DNA of 32,000 bases from Kiritimatiella glycovorans. GTDB taxonomy: Bacteria > Verrucomicrobiota > Kiritimatiellia > Kiritimatiellales > Kiritimatiellaceae. Under the pieces are notes generated by a model that did not search any database, was not told the origin of the DNA, and worked only from the letters and a program-made list of their open reading frames with translations. Shown here piece by piece: positions 24,925-32,000 of this stretch. The stretch's first letter is position 1; each line of letters opens with the position of its first letter. The stretch covers positions 900,001-932,000 of the forward strand of contig NZ_CP010904.1 of assembly GCF_001017655.1 (NCBI RefSeq), in the 5' to 3' direction. The position numbers and the translations under genes were made by a program.

Positions 24925-27399
24925 ATGGAGCGGAATACGATCTGGAAATGGGTGCTGCTGGCCGGCCTGACCCTGTGGTCGCTGGTGCTGGTTACGCCTC
25001 TCGAGGAAAAGGTCAAGCTGGGACTCGACCTGCGCGGCGGGACGAGCTTCGTGCTGCAGGTCGACATGGAGGAGCTGAGCGAGGACGAGAAAAAGGACGC
25101 CCCTCAGCGGGCCCTCGAGGTGATCCGCAACCGTGTGGACAGCATGGGCATTGAGGAGCCCAATATCTACCTCAAACCCCGCCAGAACCGGATCGTCGTC
25201 CAGCTCCCGGGATTGACCCCTGAAGACCGTGACCGCGCGCTCGACAATCTCAAAAGCGTAGCCTTCCTCGAATTCCGCATGGTGCACGACGAAAACCGCG
25301 AACTCGTCAACCGGCTGTTCGCGAACGGCTGGACGCCCCCCGGCCACGAACTGGTCGAGCTGGAGCGTTACGACGCCGCCTCGGGGCAGAGCTGGAAGGA
25401 GTATCTCTTCCGCCGGACCGAAAAGTTTTCCGAACTCGGCGAGGACCGCATCGAGGCGCTCCGGCGCGCGCGCCGCGACTTCCACGCCCCGGCGGGCTAC
25501 GAACTCCTGCTGGAGGAGGTGGACCGGCGCGACGAGACGCTCTATAAACCGTACTATGTGAAGGTGCGTCCCGAACTGACCGGGGAGTATCTGAAGCACG
25601 CCTCGGTCGATTACCGCCAGCTCGGGCAGGCGGTCGTCACGCTCTCGTTCGACGCCCGCGGTGCCAAGCGGTTCGGCCGCGTCACGGCCGATTACGCGCC
25701 GGGAGGTTCGAAGAACCCCGAGATGGAAGGTAGGCGTCAGCTCGCGATCGTGCTGGATAACAAGCTCTACTCGGCGCCGACAATCGATGAGCCGATCTAC
25801 GGCGGCAACGCGGTCATCCGCGGCAATTTCAAGCCCGAAGAGGCCCAGGACCTCGCCCTCATCCTGCGCGCCGGCTCGCTCCCCGCACCCGTTGAGCTGA
25901 TCGAAGAACGCAGCGTGGATCCGACCCTGGGCCGCGACTCGATCCGCAGCGGCACGCGCGCCGTCATCTTCGGCGGGATCGCCGTGCTGATCTTCGTCAT
26001 CGCCTATTATTTCATGGCCGGCGTGATCGCCGACGCCGCGCTGGTGCTCGACCTGCTGCTGCTTCCGCTGGGCATGTGGCTCGTCTCCGGATTTCTCGGG
26101 ATGTTTGCCGGTTCGTTCGAGGGGGGAGGGGCCGCCGGCCTGCCCGTGCTCACCCTGCCCGGCATCGCCGCGATCGTGCTGACGATCGGGATGGCGGTCG
26201 ACGCCAACGTGCTGATCTTCGAGCGCATACGCGAGGAACTCAAGGCAGGCAAGACGCTACGCGGCGCGATCTCGGCCGGGTACGAGAAGGTGTTCAGCAC
26301 GATCTTCGATGCCAACCTCACCACCCTGCTCACGGCCCTGATCCTGTTCTGGCAGGGCTCCGGCCCGATCCGGGGCTTTGCCGTCATCCTGAGCGCGGGG
26401 ATCGTCGTCAGTATGTTCGTCGCACTGGTCGCCACCCGTATGTTCCTCAATGTGCTGGCCCAGCGGACGAAGGCCGTGACTTTGCGGATGCTCTCGATCG
26501 TCAAGAAGGCCGACTTCAACTTCCTGGGCCGCCGCCGCATCGCCGGCTTTGCCTCGCTGGTCCTGCTGATCATTACCTGGGCGGTCTTCGGCATGAAGGG
26601 CGCCGGCAATTTCGGCGTGGACTTCACCGGCGGTTCGTCCATCACGTTCAGCTTCGACCGTCGCGTGCCCGTTCAGGATGTGCGGGAGACCCTCGACGCG
26701 GCCGGGGTCGAGGACGCCCAGATCCAGTATCAGCAGGAACTGACGCGCAACGCCGCGGGCGAGACGCCCGAGTACCTGCAGGTGAAGGTGCCCTATGGCA
26801 AAGGGGAAAACGTGCGCGAACTGGTCACCGGCAGTTTCGAATCGGCGGGCTTTGAGGCGATCAAGGTCGACCGGGTCGGACCGCAGATCGGAGCGGAGCT
26901 GCAGCGGAAAGGGGTCCTCGCGATCGGGACCGCCCTGCTCGGGATCATTATCTATATCTCGATCCGCTTCGAGTTCGCCTTCGCGATCGGAGCGATCGTC
27001 GCCCTGGCGCACGATGTGCTGATGACCGTCGGGCTCTACTGTCTCTTCGGCCGTCAGCTCAGCCTGCCCGTCATTGCGGCCCTGCTTACGATCGTGGGCT
27101 ATTCGGTCAACGATACGATCGTGGTGTTCGACCGCATCCGCGAGGATCTGGGCCTGATCAAGGGAAGGCCGTACAGCGAGATCGCGAACCTGAGTATCAA
27201 CCAGACCCTGAGCCGTACGTTGCTGACGTCGATCACGACCCTGATTGCCGTGCTGGCGCTGCTGCTCTTCGGCGGCGGCGCGATCAACGACTTCGCGCTG
27301 ACGCTGCTGATCGGGGTGCTCGTGGGTACGTACTCGTCGATCTTCGTGGCCACCCCCACGGTGCTGCTGTGGCATCCCGACGACAAGAAGAGCGCGTAA
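24925..27399 (+). CDS. secDF: Fused protein translocase subunit SecDF
   Basis: 824 aa. The SecD part has N-terminal TM plus LGLDLRGG, a periplasmic domain, and TMs with VDANVLIFERIREE. The SecF part has FNFLGRRR, GVDFTGG and YSVNDTIVVFDRIRE. Both lie in one reading frame. Confidence 0.92.
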   Translation: MERNTIWKWVLLAGLTLWSLVLVTPLEEKVKLGLDLRGGTSFVLQVDMEELSEDEKKDAPQRALEVIRNRVDSMGIEEPNIYLKPRQNRIVVQLPGLTPEDRDRALDNLKSVAFLEFRMVHDENRELVNRLFANGWTPPGHELVELERYDAASGQSWKEYLFRRTEKFSELGEDRIEALRRARRDFHAPAGYELLLEEVDRRDETLYKPYYVKVRPELTGEYLKHASVDYRQLGQAVVTLSFDARGAKRFGRVTADYAPGGSKNPEMEGRRQLAIVLDNKLYSAPTIDEPIYGGNAVIRGNFKPEEAQDLALILRAGSLPAPVELIEERSVDPTLGRDSIRSGTRAVIFGGIAVLIFVIAYYFMAGVIADAALVLDLLLLPLGMWLVSGFLGMFAGSFEGGGAAGLPVLTLPGIAAIVLTIGMAVDANVLIFERIREELKAGKTLRGAISAGYEKVFSTIFDANLTTLLTALILFWQGSGPIRGFAVILSAGIVVSMFVALVATRMFLNVLAQRTKAVTLRMLSIVKKADFNFLGRRRIAGFASLVLLIITWAVFGMKGAGNFGVDFTGGSSITFSFDRRVPVQDVRETLDAAGVEDAQIQYQQELTRNAAGETPEYLQVKVPYGKGENVRELVTGSFESAGFEAIKVDRVGPQIGAELQRKGVLAIGTALLGIIIYISIRFEFAFAIGAIVALAHDVLMTVGLYCLFGRQLSLPVIAALLTIVGYSVNDTIVVFDRIREDLGLIKGRPYSEIANLSINQTLSRTLLTSITTLIAVLALLLFGGGAINDFALTLLIGVLVGTYSSIFVATPTVLLWHPDDKKSA

Positions 27400-27408
27400 A
27401 GAAGGGAT

Positions 27409-29148
27409 ATGCACTCCACTCGCTGGGTCATGCGAGACCCCGATCCCGAGGCCGCGCGCCGCGTGGCGCAGGCCTGCGGGATCCCTGAACCGCTCGGCGC
27501 CGTGCTGGCGCAGCGGGGCTGTGGCGAGCCGGAGTGGGCGCAGTCGTTTCTGCACCCGCGCCTCCGTGATCTCGCCGACCCGTTTGCCTATGAGGGTATG
27601 CATTCCGCGGTGGAGCGTATCGAGCGGGCGCTGCGGAGCGGCGAGAAGGTGGCGGTGTTCGGCGATTACGACGTGGACGGACTGACCGCCACGGCACTGC
27701 TGGTGCGGGTGCTGCGCAGACTCGGCGGTCGCGTGGAGCCCTTCGTTCCTCACCGGATCGAGGAGGGCTACGGACTCACCGCGGAGGCGCTCGACCGCTG
27801 CCTCGCCGAACACGCCCCCGGATTGATCGTCACCGTCGACTGCGGGACGAACGCGGTGGATGCCGTCGAGCGCGCGCGGGCGGCGGGTGTCGACGTCATC
27901 GTGACCGACCATCACGAGCCGGACACGCGGATCGCCGCCGCGGTGGCCGTGGTGAATCCGAAGCACGGGGAACCGGACTCCTCCGATGCCCCGCCGGCCG
28001 GCGTCGGCGTGGCCTTCAAACTCTGTCATGCGCTGCTGAAACACCGCAACGGCGGGCGGCCGGAGGTCGATCTGCGCGAGCTGCTCGACTACGTGGCCCT
28101 CGGCACCGTCGCGGATCTCGTGCCGCTGCGCGGGGAGAACAGGATACTGGTGCACGCCGGGCTCCGGAGGCTCGCGCGCTCGAAGTGGGCCGGCGTACGG
28201 GCGCTCGCCGAGGCGGCGGACCTGCACCGCGAGCGCGAGTGGACGTGTTACCACATCGGGTTCGTGCTGGGACCGCGGCTCAACGCGGCGGGACGGGTGG
28301 GCACCGCCGCGCGGGCGCTGGACCTGTTGCTCTCCGGCGATCCCGAGGCCTGTGCCGAGGGCGCGCGCGAGCTGGAGCGCGCCAATACCGAGCGACGGAA
28401 TATGGAGCGAAGAATTCGTGAACGCGCCGTCGAACAGGTCGATGCCGCCTTCGACCCGGACCGGGACTACGCAGTGCTGGCCGCGGGGGAGGGCTGGCAT
28501 CCCGGCGTGCTGGGGATCGTCGCCTCCCGCCTCTGCGCCCGCTACCGCCGTCCCGCCATGGTGATCGGACTCGACGAAGAGGGCGTGGGGCGCGGATCGG
28601 GACGGAGCATCGAGGGCTTCGACCTGCATGCGGCGCTGACCGCCTGCGCCGGGCCGCTCGAGCGGTTCGGCGGTCACGCCCTGGCGGCGGGGGTCACGGT
28701 GAAGGCCGGCCGGCTCGAGGAGTTCCGGGCCGCGTTCGCCGAACATGCGGCGACATGCCTGGCGGACGCCGACCTGCGCCCCGTGCTCGAAATCGACCGG
28801 GAGGCGTCGCTCGGGGACTTCACGCCCGAGTTCCGGCGGGCACTCCAGCGTCTGGCACCGTTCGGCGAGGCCAATCCGGAACCGGTATGGATGATTCGCG
28901 GCGTGCGGGTCGACGGCGAACCCCGGGTCGTGGGCGATCGACACTGGAAGTTTCGCATCACCGACGGCCGGAACCGGCTGAACGCGATCGCCTTCCGCAT
29001 GGCCGACCGCGAGATTCCCGGCGGCTGCTTCGATATCGTCGGCCGCCTGCGCGACAACACCTTTCGCGGCCGGACCACGCCGCAACTCCAGGTGTGCGAC
29101 TTCCGGGAAGGGGAGGGGGAGGGATTGAGTGGGAGGGCTGAGACCTGA
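27409..29148 (+). CDS. recJ: Single-stranded-DNA-specific exonuclease RecJ
   Basis: 579 aa. DHH-family motifs VFGDYDVDGLTA, VTVDCG and VIVTDHH. DHHA1 region FGGHALAAG. The last ~8 codons and the stop lie inside the first copy of the 40-bp tandem repeat. Confidence 0.92.
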   Translation: MHSTRWVMRDPDPEAARRVAQACGIPEPLGAVLAQRGCGEPEWAQSFLHPRLRDLADPFAYEGMHSAVERIERALRSGEKVAVFGDYDVDGLTATALLVRVLRRLGGRVEPFVPHRIEEGYGLTAEALDRCLAEHAPGLIVTVDCGTNAVDAVERARAAGVDVIVTDHHEPDTRIAAAVAVVNPKHGEPDSSDAPPAGVGVAFKLCHALLKHRNGGRPEVDLRELLDYVALGTVADLVPLRGENRILVHAGLRRLARSKWAGVRALAEAADLHREREWTCYHIGFVLGPRLNAAGRVGTAARALDLLLSGDPEACAEGARELERANTERRNMERRIRERAVEQVDAAFDPDRDYAVLAAGEGWHPGVLGIVASRLCARYRRPAMVIGLDEEGVGRGSGRSIEGFDLHAALTACAGPLERFGGHALAAGVTVKAGRLEEFRAAFAEHAATCLADADLRPVLEIDREASLGDFTPEFRRALQRLAPFGEANPEPVWMIRGVRVDGEPRVVGDRHWKFRITDGRNRLNAIAFRMADREIPGGCFDIVGRLRDNTFRGRTTPQLQVCDFREGEGEGLSGRAET

Positions 29149-29286
29149 AACCTGAGTAAGAAGAGGGAGTGGGAGGGCTGAGACCTGAAACCTGAGTAAG
29201 AAGAGGGAGTGGGAAGGCTGAGACCTGAAACCTGAGTAAGAAGAGGGAGTGGGAAGGCTGAGACCTGAAACCTGAATAAGAAACCA
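29127..29286. repeat. Tandem repeat, 4 copies of a 40-bp unit (GAGTGGGA[G/A]GGCTGAGACCTGAAACCTGAGTAAGAAGAGG)
   Basis: Unit starts fall at 29127, 29167, 29207 and 29247. Copies 1-2 are identical, and copy 3 differs from them at one position (G to A at unit position 9). Copy 4 also carries this change and diverges in its last ~14 nt. There are no spacers, so this is not CRISPR-like. Confidence 0.9.
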
Positions 29287-29418
29287 GAATGTAACTACTC
29301 AGGTAGCCCCACCATGGCGCTACCACTGAAACAATCGTAGTCTACCCCCCCCGAGCGCAACAGAAAAAACCCGATTTTCTGCTGGACTCGGATCGCGTGG
29401 TCTTCTACGCTGCTGACC

Positions 29419-30330
29419 ATGGCACAGGCTATGGTCATTCAGGGGCGGAGAATCACGGACGGCGAGATCGCCTTGATCCGGGATTTGATGGCAGAGCATC
29501 GGGACTGGGGGCGTACCCGCCTGAGCGAAGAACTGTGCCGCTGCTGGAACTGGCGCAACGCGCAGGGCCGTATCAAGGACATGGCGGCGCGCTCCCTGCT
29601 GTTGAAGCTGGAGCGACGCGGATGCATCGAGTTGCCGGCGCGTCAACGCCCGTCTTCCAATCATTTCCGCAACCGGTGCGTGCCTGCCGTAGAACCTGCC
29701 GCCGAACCGATTCGCTCTGACCTGAGCGCATTGCGGCCCCTGTCGGCAGACCTTGTCGCCCCACGTTCGGATAACTCGCAGTTGTTCAAAGGGCTGCTGG
29801 GCCGATACCACTACTTGGGCCATCGCAACACGGTGGGCGAGAACCTGCGCTATCTGATCCGCGACCGGCACGGTCGGCTCGTGGCCTGTGCGCTGTTCGG
29901 TTCGGCGGCATGGAAATGCGCGGATCGGGATCGTTTCCTCGGCTGGGATCGGGCCTGCCGTGAACGCAATCTCCAGGCATTGACCAACAATACGCGTTTC
30001 CTGATCCTGCCCTGGGTCGAAGTCCCGCATCTGGCCAGCCACGTCCTCGGCCTCATTGCCCGGCGCATCCGGGATGACTGGCAGGGCAAGTACGCTCATC
30101 CCGTGCATGCCTTGGAAACGTTCGTGGACCGTTCCCGATTCAAAGGCACCTGCTACCGGGCCGCGAACTGGATGCGCCTGGGCGCAACGCAGGGGCGGAC
30201 CCGCAACGATCGAGACCGCCGCATCCAGGCGCCGGTCAAGGACGTGTATCTGTATCCGCTTATCCCGGAGTTCCGGCGGGAGTTGTGCGCACCCGCCTGC
30301 TCCCGAACCGAAGGGAGGGCGGGCAGGTGA
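29419..30330 (+). CDS. DUF4338 domain protein (DruA-like), IS-borne
   Basis: 303 aa. The motif series HYLGHRN..GENLRYLI..ACALFGSAAW..RDRFLGW..NNTRFLILPWV..LASHVLG..ETFVDRSRFKGTCYRAANW..GATQGRTR..KDVYLYPL is what I recognise as Pfam DUF4338. Its stop overlaps the transposase start (GTGATGA). Confidence 0.75.
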   Translation: MAQAMVIQGRRITDGEIALIRDLMAEHRDWGRTRLSEELCRCWNWRNAQGRIKDMAARSLLLKLERRGCIELPARQRPSSNHFRNRCVPAVEPAAEPIRSDLSALRPLSADLVAPRSDNSQLFKGLLGRYHYLGHRNTVGENLRYLIRDRHGRLVACALFGSAAWKCADRDRFLGWDRACRERNLQALTNNTRFLILPWVEVPHLASHVLGLIARRIRDDWQGKYAHPVHALETFVDRSRFKGTCYRAANWMRLGATQGRTRNDRDRRIQAPVKDVYLYPLIPEFRRELCAPACSRTEGRAGR

Positions 30331-31769
30331 TGACACGCCAAGAGGCCGAAGCGATCTACGACGCCGGCAAGGAAACCGTCGTGCGGGTACTGTTGATGAT
30401 GGATGCGCGCATCCGTGCTCTGGAAGAACGCGTTCAGTCTCTTGAGAACCAACTCGCCAAAAACTCGCGCAACAGCAGCAAACCGCCCTCCAGCGACGGC
30501 TTCAAGAAACCTGCGCCCAAAAGCCTGCGCAAGAAGGGCAAGCGCAAGTCCGGCGGCCAGCCCGGCCATACCGGCCATACGCTCGCGATGGCCGACAAGC
30601 CCGAGCACACCGAAGTGCACCGTGTGAAGGAATGCGAACACTGCGGCCGCTCTCTAGCCGATCAATCCGTCGAGGGCATCGAAAAGCGTCAAGTCCATGA
30701 CCTGCCACCCCTGCGGCTGATCGTCACCGAGCACCAGGCTGAAACCAAAACCTGCGCCTGCGGCCATCTGAACAAAGCCGCGTTCCCCGAAGGGGTCAAC
30801 GCTCCCGTGCAATACGGCGAGGGGATCAAGGCTGCGGCCGTGTACCTGAAGAACTATCAGTTCCTGCCCTATGACCGAACCTGCGAACTGCTGAATGACT
30901 TCTTCGGCTGCCCGATGAGCGAAGGCACGCTCTGCAATATCATCGCCCAATCCCACACGTTGGCCGCCGACCCCGTCGAGAAGATCAAGGAGTTGATCGA
31001 GCAGGCCGCCGTGGCACACTTCGACGAGACCGGCTCACGGGTAGACGGCAAGCTGTGGTGGCTGCATTCGGCCTCGACCGCACAGGCAACCTATTATGAC
31101 ATCCATCGCAAACGCGGCCGCGAAGCGATCGATGAGATCGGCATCCTGCCCGACTTCCTCGGACGCGCCGTTCACGACTTCTGGAAACCGTACTTCGGCT
31201 ACGACTGCCTCCATGGCCTCTGCAACGCCCATCACTTGCGCGAACTGATCTTTGCGCATGAGCAGCACCAGCAGGACTGGGCCGACCACATGATCGACTG
31301 CCTGCTCGACATCAAAGAGGCCGTCGATCTCGCCAAACAGTCGACCGATCATCTTGACCGGCGGCAGCTACACACCTTCGAAGCCCGCTACCAGCAAGTC
31401 CTCGACGAAGGCTACGCGCAGAATCCGCTGCCGCCGTTGCCGCGCAACGCGAAGAAACGACGGGGCCGCCGCAAGAAGACCAAAGCCCGTAACCTGCTCG
31501 AACGGCTCGACGAGCACCGCGATGAAGCGCTTGCGTTCATGTACGACTTCAACGTGCCCTTCGACAACAATCAGGCTGAGCGCGATCTACGCATGATGAA
31601 GGTGCAGCAGAAAATCTCGGGCATGTTCCGAACCGAGGATGGCGCCCAAGCCTTCTGCCGCATTCGAAGCTACATCTCAACCGCCCGCAAGAATGCCGTC
31701 GGCGCTATGGATGCGCTGACCCGCCTGTTCAGCGGAAACCCCTTCGTTCCGGCGCTCAATACCTCGTAG
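30330..31769 (+). CDS. IS66-family DDE transposase (TnpC-type)
   Basis: Start chosen at ATG 30330. N-terminal coiled coil (IRALEERVQSLENQLAKNS) followed by SSKPPSSDGFKKP. Zinc finger CEHCGRSL..CACGH. Catalytic-region motifs HFDETG, HDFWKPY and LCNAHHLRELIF. C-terminal FDNNQAERDLRMMK..SGMFRTEDGAQAFCRIRSYISTARKN. Confidence 0.92.
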   Translation: MTRQEAEAIYDAGKETVVRVLLMMDARIRALEERVQSLENQLAKNSRNSSKPPSSDGFKKPAPKSLRKKGKRKSGGQPGHTGHTLAMADKPEHTEVHRVKECEHCGRSLADQSVEGIEKRQVHDLPPLRLIVTEHQAETKTCACGHLNKAAFPEGVNAPVQYGEGIKAAAVYLKNYQFLPYDRTCELLNDFFGCPMSEGTLCNIIAQSHTLAADPVEKIKELIEQAAVAHFDETGSRVDGKLWWLHSASTAQATYYDIHRKRGREAIDEIGILPDFLGRAVHDFWKPYFGYDCLHGLCNAHHLRELIFAHEQHQQDWADHMIDCLLDIKEAVDLAKQSTDHLDRRQLHTFEARYQQVLDEGYAQNPLPPLPRNAKKRRGRRKKTKARNLLERLDEHRDEALAFMYDFNVPFDNNQAERDLRMMKVQQKISGMFRTEDGAQAFCRIRSYISTARKNAVGAMDALTRLFSGNPFVPALNTS

Positions 31770-31893
31770 CCTCTGCCGCGGATGAACGGACCTCGCCGAT
31801 CCTACTCGCACTCGCCCCCTCGCAAATCCAGGCGGAGCCATCCCGACTTGCCGCCATCGTCTCGATCCCGTATAGCCCATCTGGAATCGGCTA

Positions 31894-31967
31894 ACGATAA
31901 CGGGCGACGAGAACGGCTCACGAGTTGGAAGCGCCTATCGTCGACCGCTCTCGTCGCCCGTTATCGT
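31894..31967. repeat. Perfect 19-bp inverted repeat (long hairpin) in the subterminal right arm of the IS
   Basis: ACGATAACGGGCGACGAGA (31894-31912) is the exact reverse complement of TCTCGTCGCCCGTTATCGT (31949-31967), with a 36-nt spacer. It lies between the transposase stop (31769) and the right terminal IR. Confidence 0.85.
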
Positions 31968-32000
31968 CAACCGTCCTCTGGGAGAGGGGTACCTGAGTAG

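Larger units (their letters stand above)
29291..32000 (+). mobile_element. IS66-family insertion sequence (right end truncated by the window edge)
   Basis: The left end GTAACTACTCAGGTAGCCCC begins with the GTAA typical of IS66 ends. The window ends with GGGGTACCTGAGTAG, whose reverse complement CTACTCAGGTACCCC matches left-end positions 5-20 with one indel. The element contains a DUF4338 ORF and an IS66-type DDE transposase. The ~2.7 kb size fits the family. Confidence 0.85.

Noticed and set aside
26257-29085. Very long minus-strand ORFs antisense to called genes: 26257-29085 (942 aa), 4608-6629 (673 aa), 17411-19294 (627 aa), 20656-22236, 2401-3828, 14781-16145, 24268-25599, 7375-8649 and 19313-20569.
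   Set aside because: Each lies fully opposite a gene with strong family motifs (secDF/recJ, GH31, ptsI, C10 protease, sulfatase, lptB/hpf, secDF, sugar porter, metK). Their translations are Arg/Gly/Pro/His-rich low-complexity strings without recognisable motifs. Stop-poor antisense frames are expected in GC-rich DNA.
29127-29286. Possible CRISPR array, given regularly spaced repeats next to a mobile element.
   Set aside because: The 40-bp units are directly contiguous with no unique spacers. There are no cas genes in the window, and the units have no palindromic CRISPR-like core. This is a plain tandem repeat.
29419-30330. DUF4338/DruA-like gene as a marker of a Druantia anti-phage defence island.
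   Set aside because: None of the large partner genes (DruB-DruE, DUF1998 helicase) are present. The gene lies inside IS66-type terminal repeats and is coupled to a transposase, so it is interpreted as IS cargo or an accessory gene and not as a defence locus.
31782-32000. 72-aa ORF open to the window edge, downstream of the IS66 transposase.
   Set aside because: The peptide is Arg/Ser/Pro-rich low complexity and spans the 19-bp inverted repeat and the terminal IR. It is most likely non-coding IS end sequence.

Overview
GC-rich bacterial chromosomal segment. The gene content (multiple formylglycine sulfatases, DGDGLPNGWE-type repeats in secreted proteins, an EII-less HprK/HPr/EI module) suggests the PVC superphylum, such as Kiritimatiellota, Verrucomicrobiota or Lentisphaerota; this is inference only. 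Three blocks are visible. (1) Positions 25-10350 hold a BamD-like TPR lipoprotein and a glycan-utilisation cluster of two sulfatases, a large multidomain GH31-like glycosidase and a sugar-porter MFS, followed by a convergent second MFS. (2) Positions 10580-29148 form an 18.5-kb co-directional housekeeping block on the + strand: dCMP deaminase, small zinc-ribbon ORF, heptose-7-P kinase, kdsB, kdsA, lptC-like, lptA, lptB, hpf, hprK, ptsH, ptsI, metK, tRNA-Arg(ACG), secreted C10 (streptopain-like) cysteine protease, tgt, yajC, fused secDF, recJ. (3) Positions 29291-32000 hold an IS66-family insertion sequence, cut by the window end about 4 nt before its predicted terminus. Its first gene is a DUF4338 (DruA-like) ORF rather than the canonical tnpA/tnpB. 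I did not find a convincing multi-gene novel system such as a defence island or biosynthetic cluster. The most unusual signals are non-coding or mobile. One is a 146-bp MITE-like insertion with terminal inverted repeats and a target-site duplication containing the GH31 stop codon. Another is a dispersed repeat family linking three intergenic loci (10.4, 13.1 and 29.1 kb), including a 25-nt exact inverted match and a 4x40-bp tandem array. The others are the DUF4338-coupled IS66 element and a perfect 19-bp subterminal hairpin inside that IS. Long ORFs antisense to the called genes are treated as GC-driven shadow ORFs.
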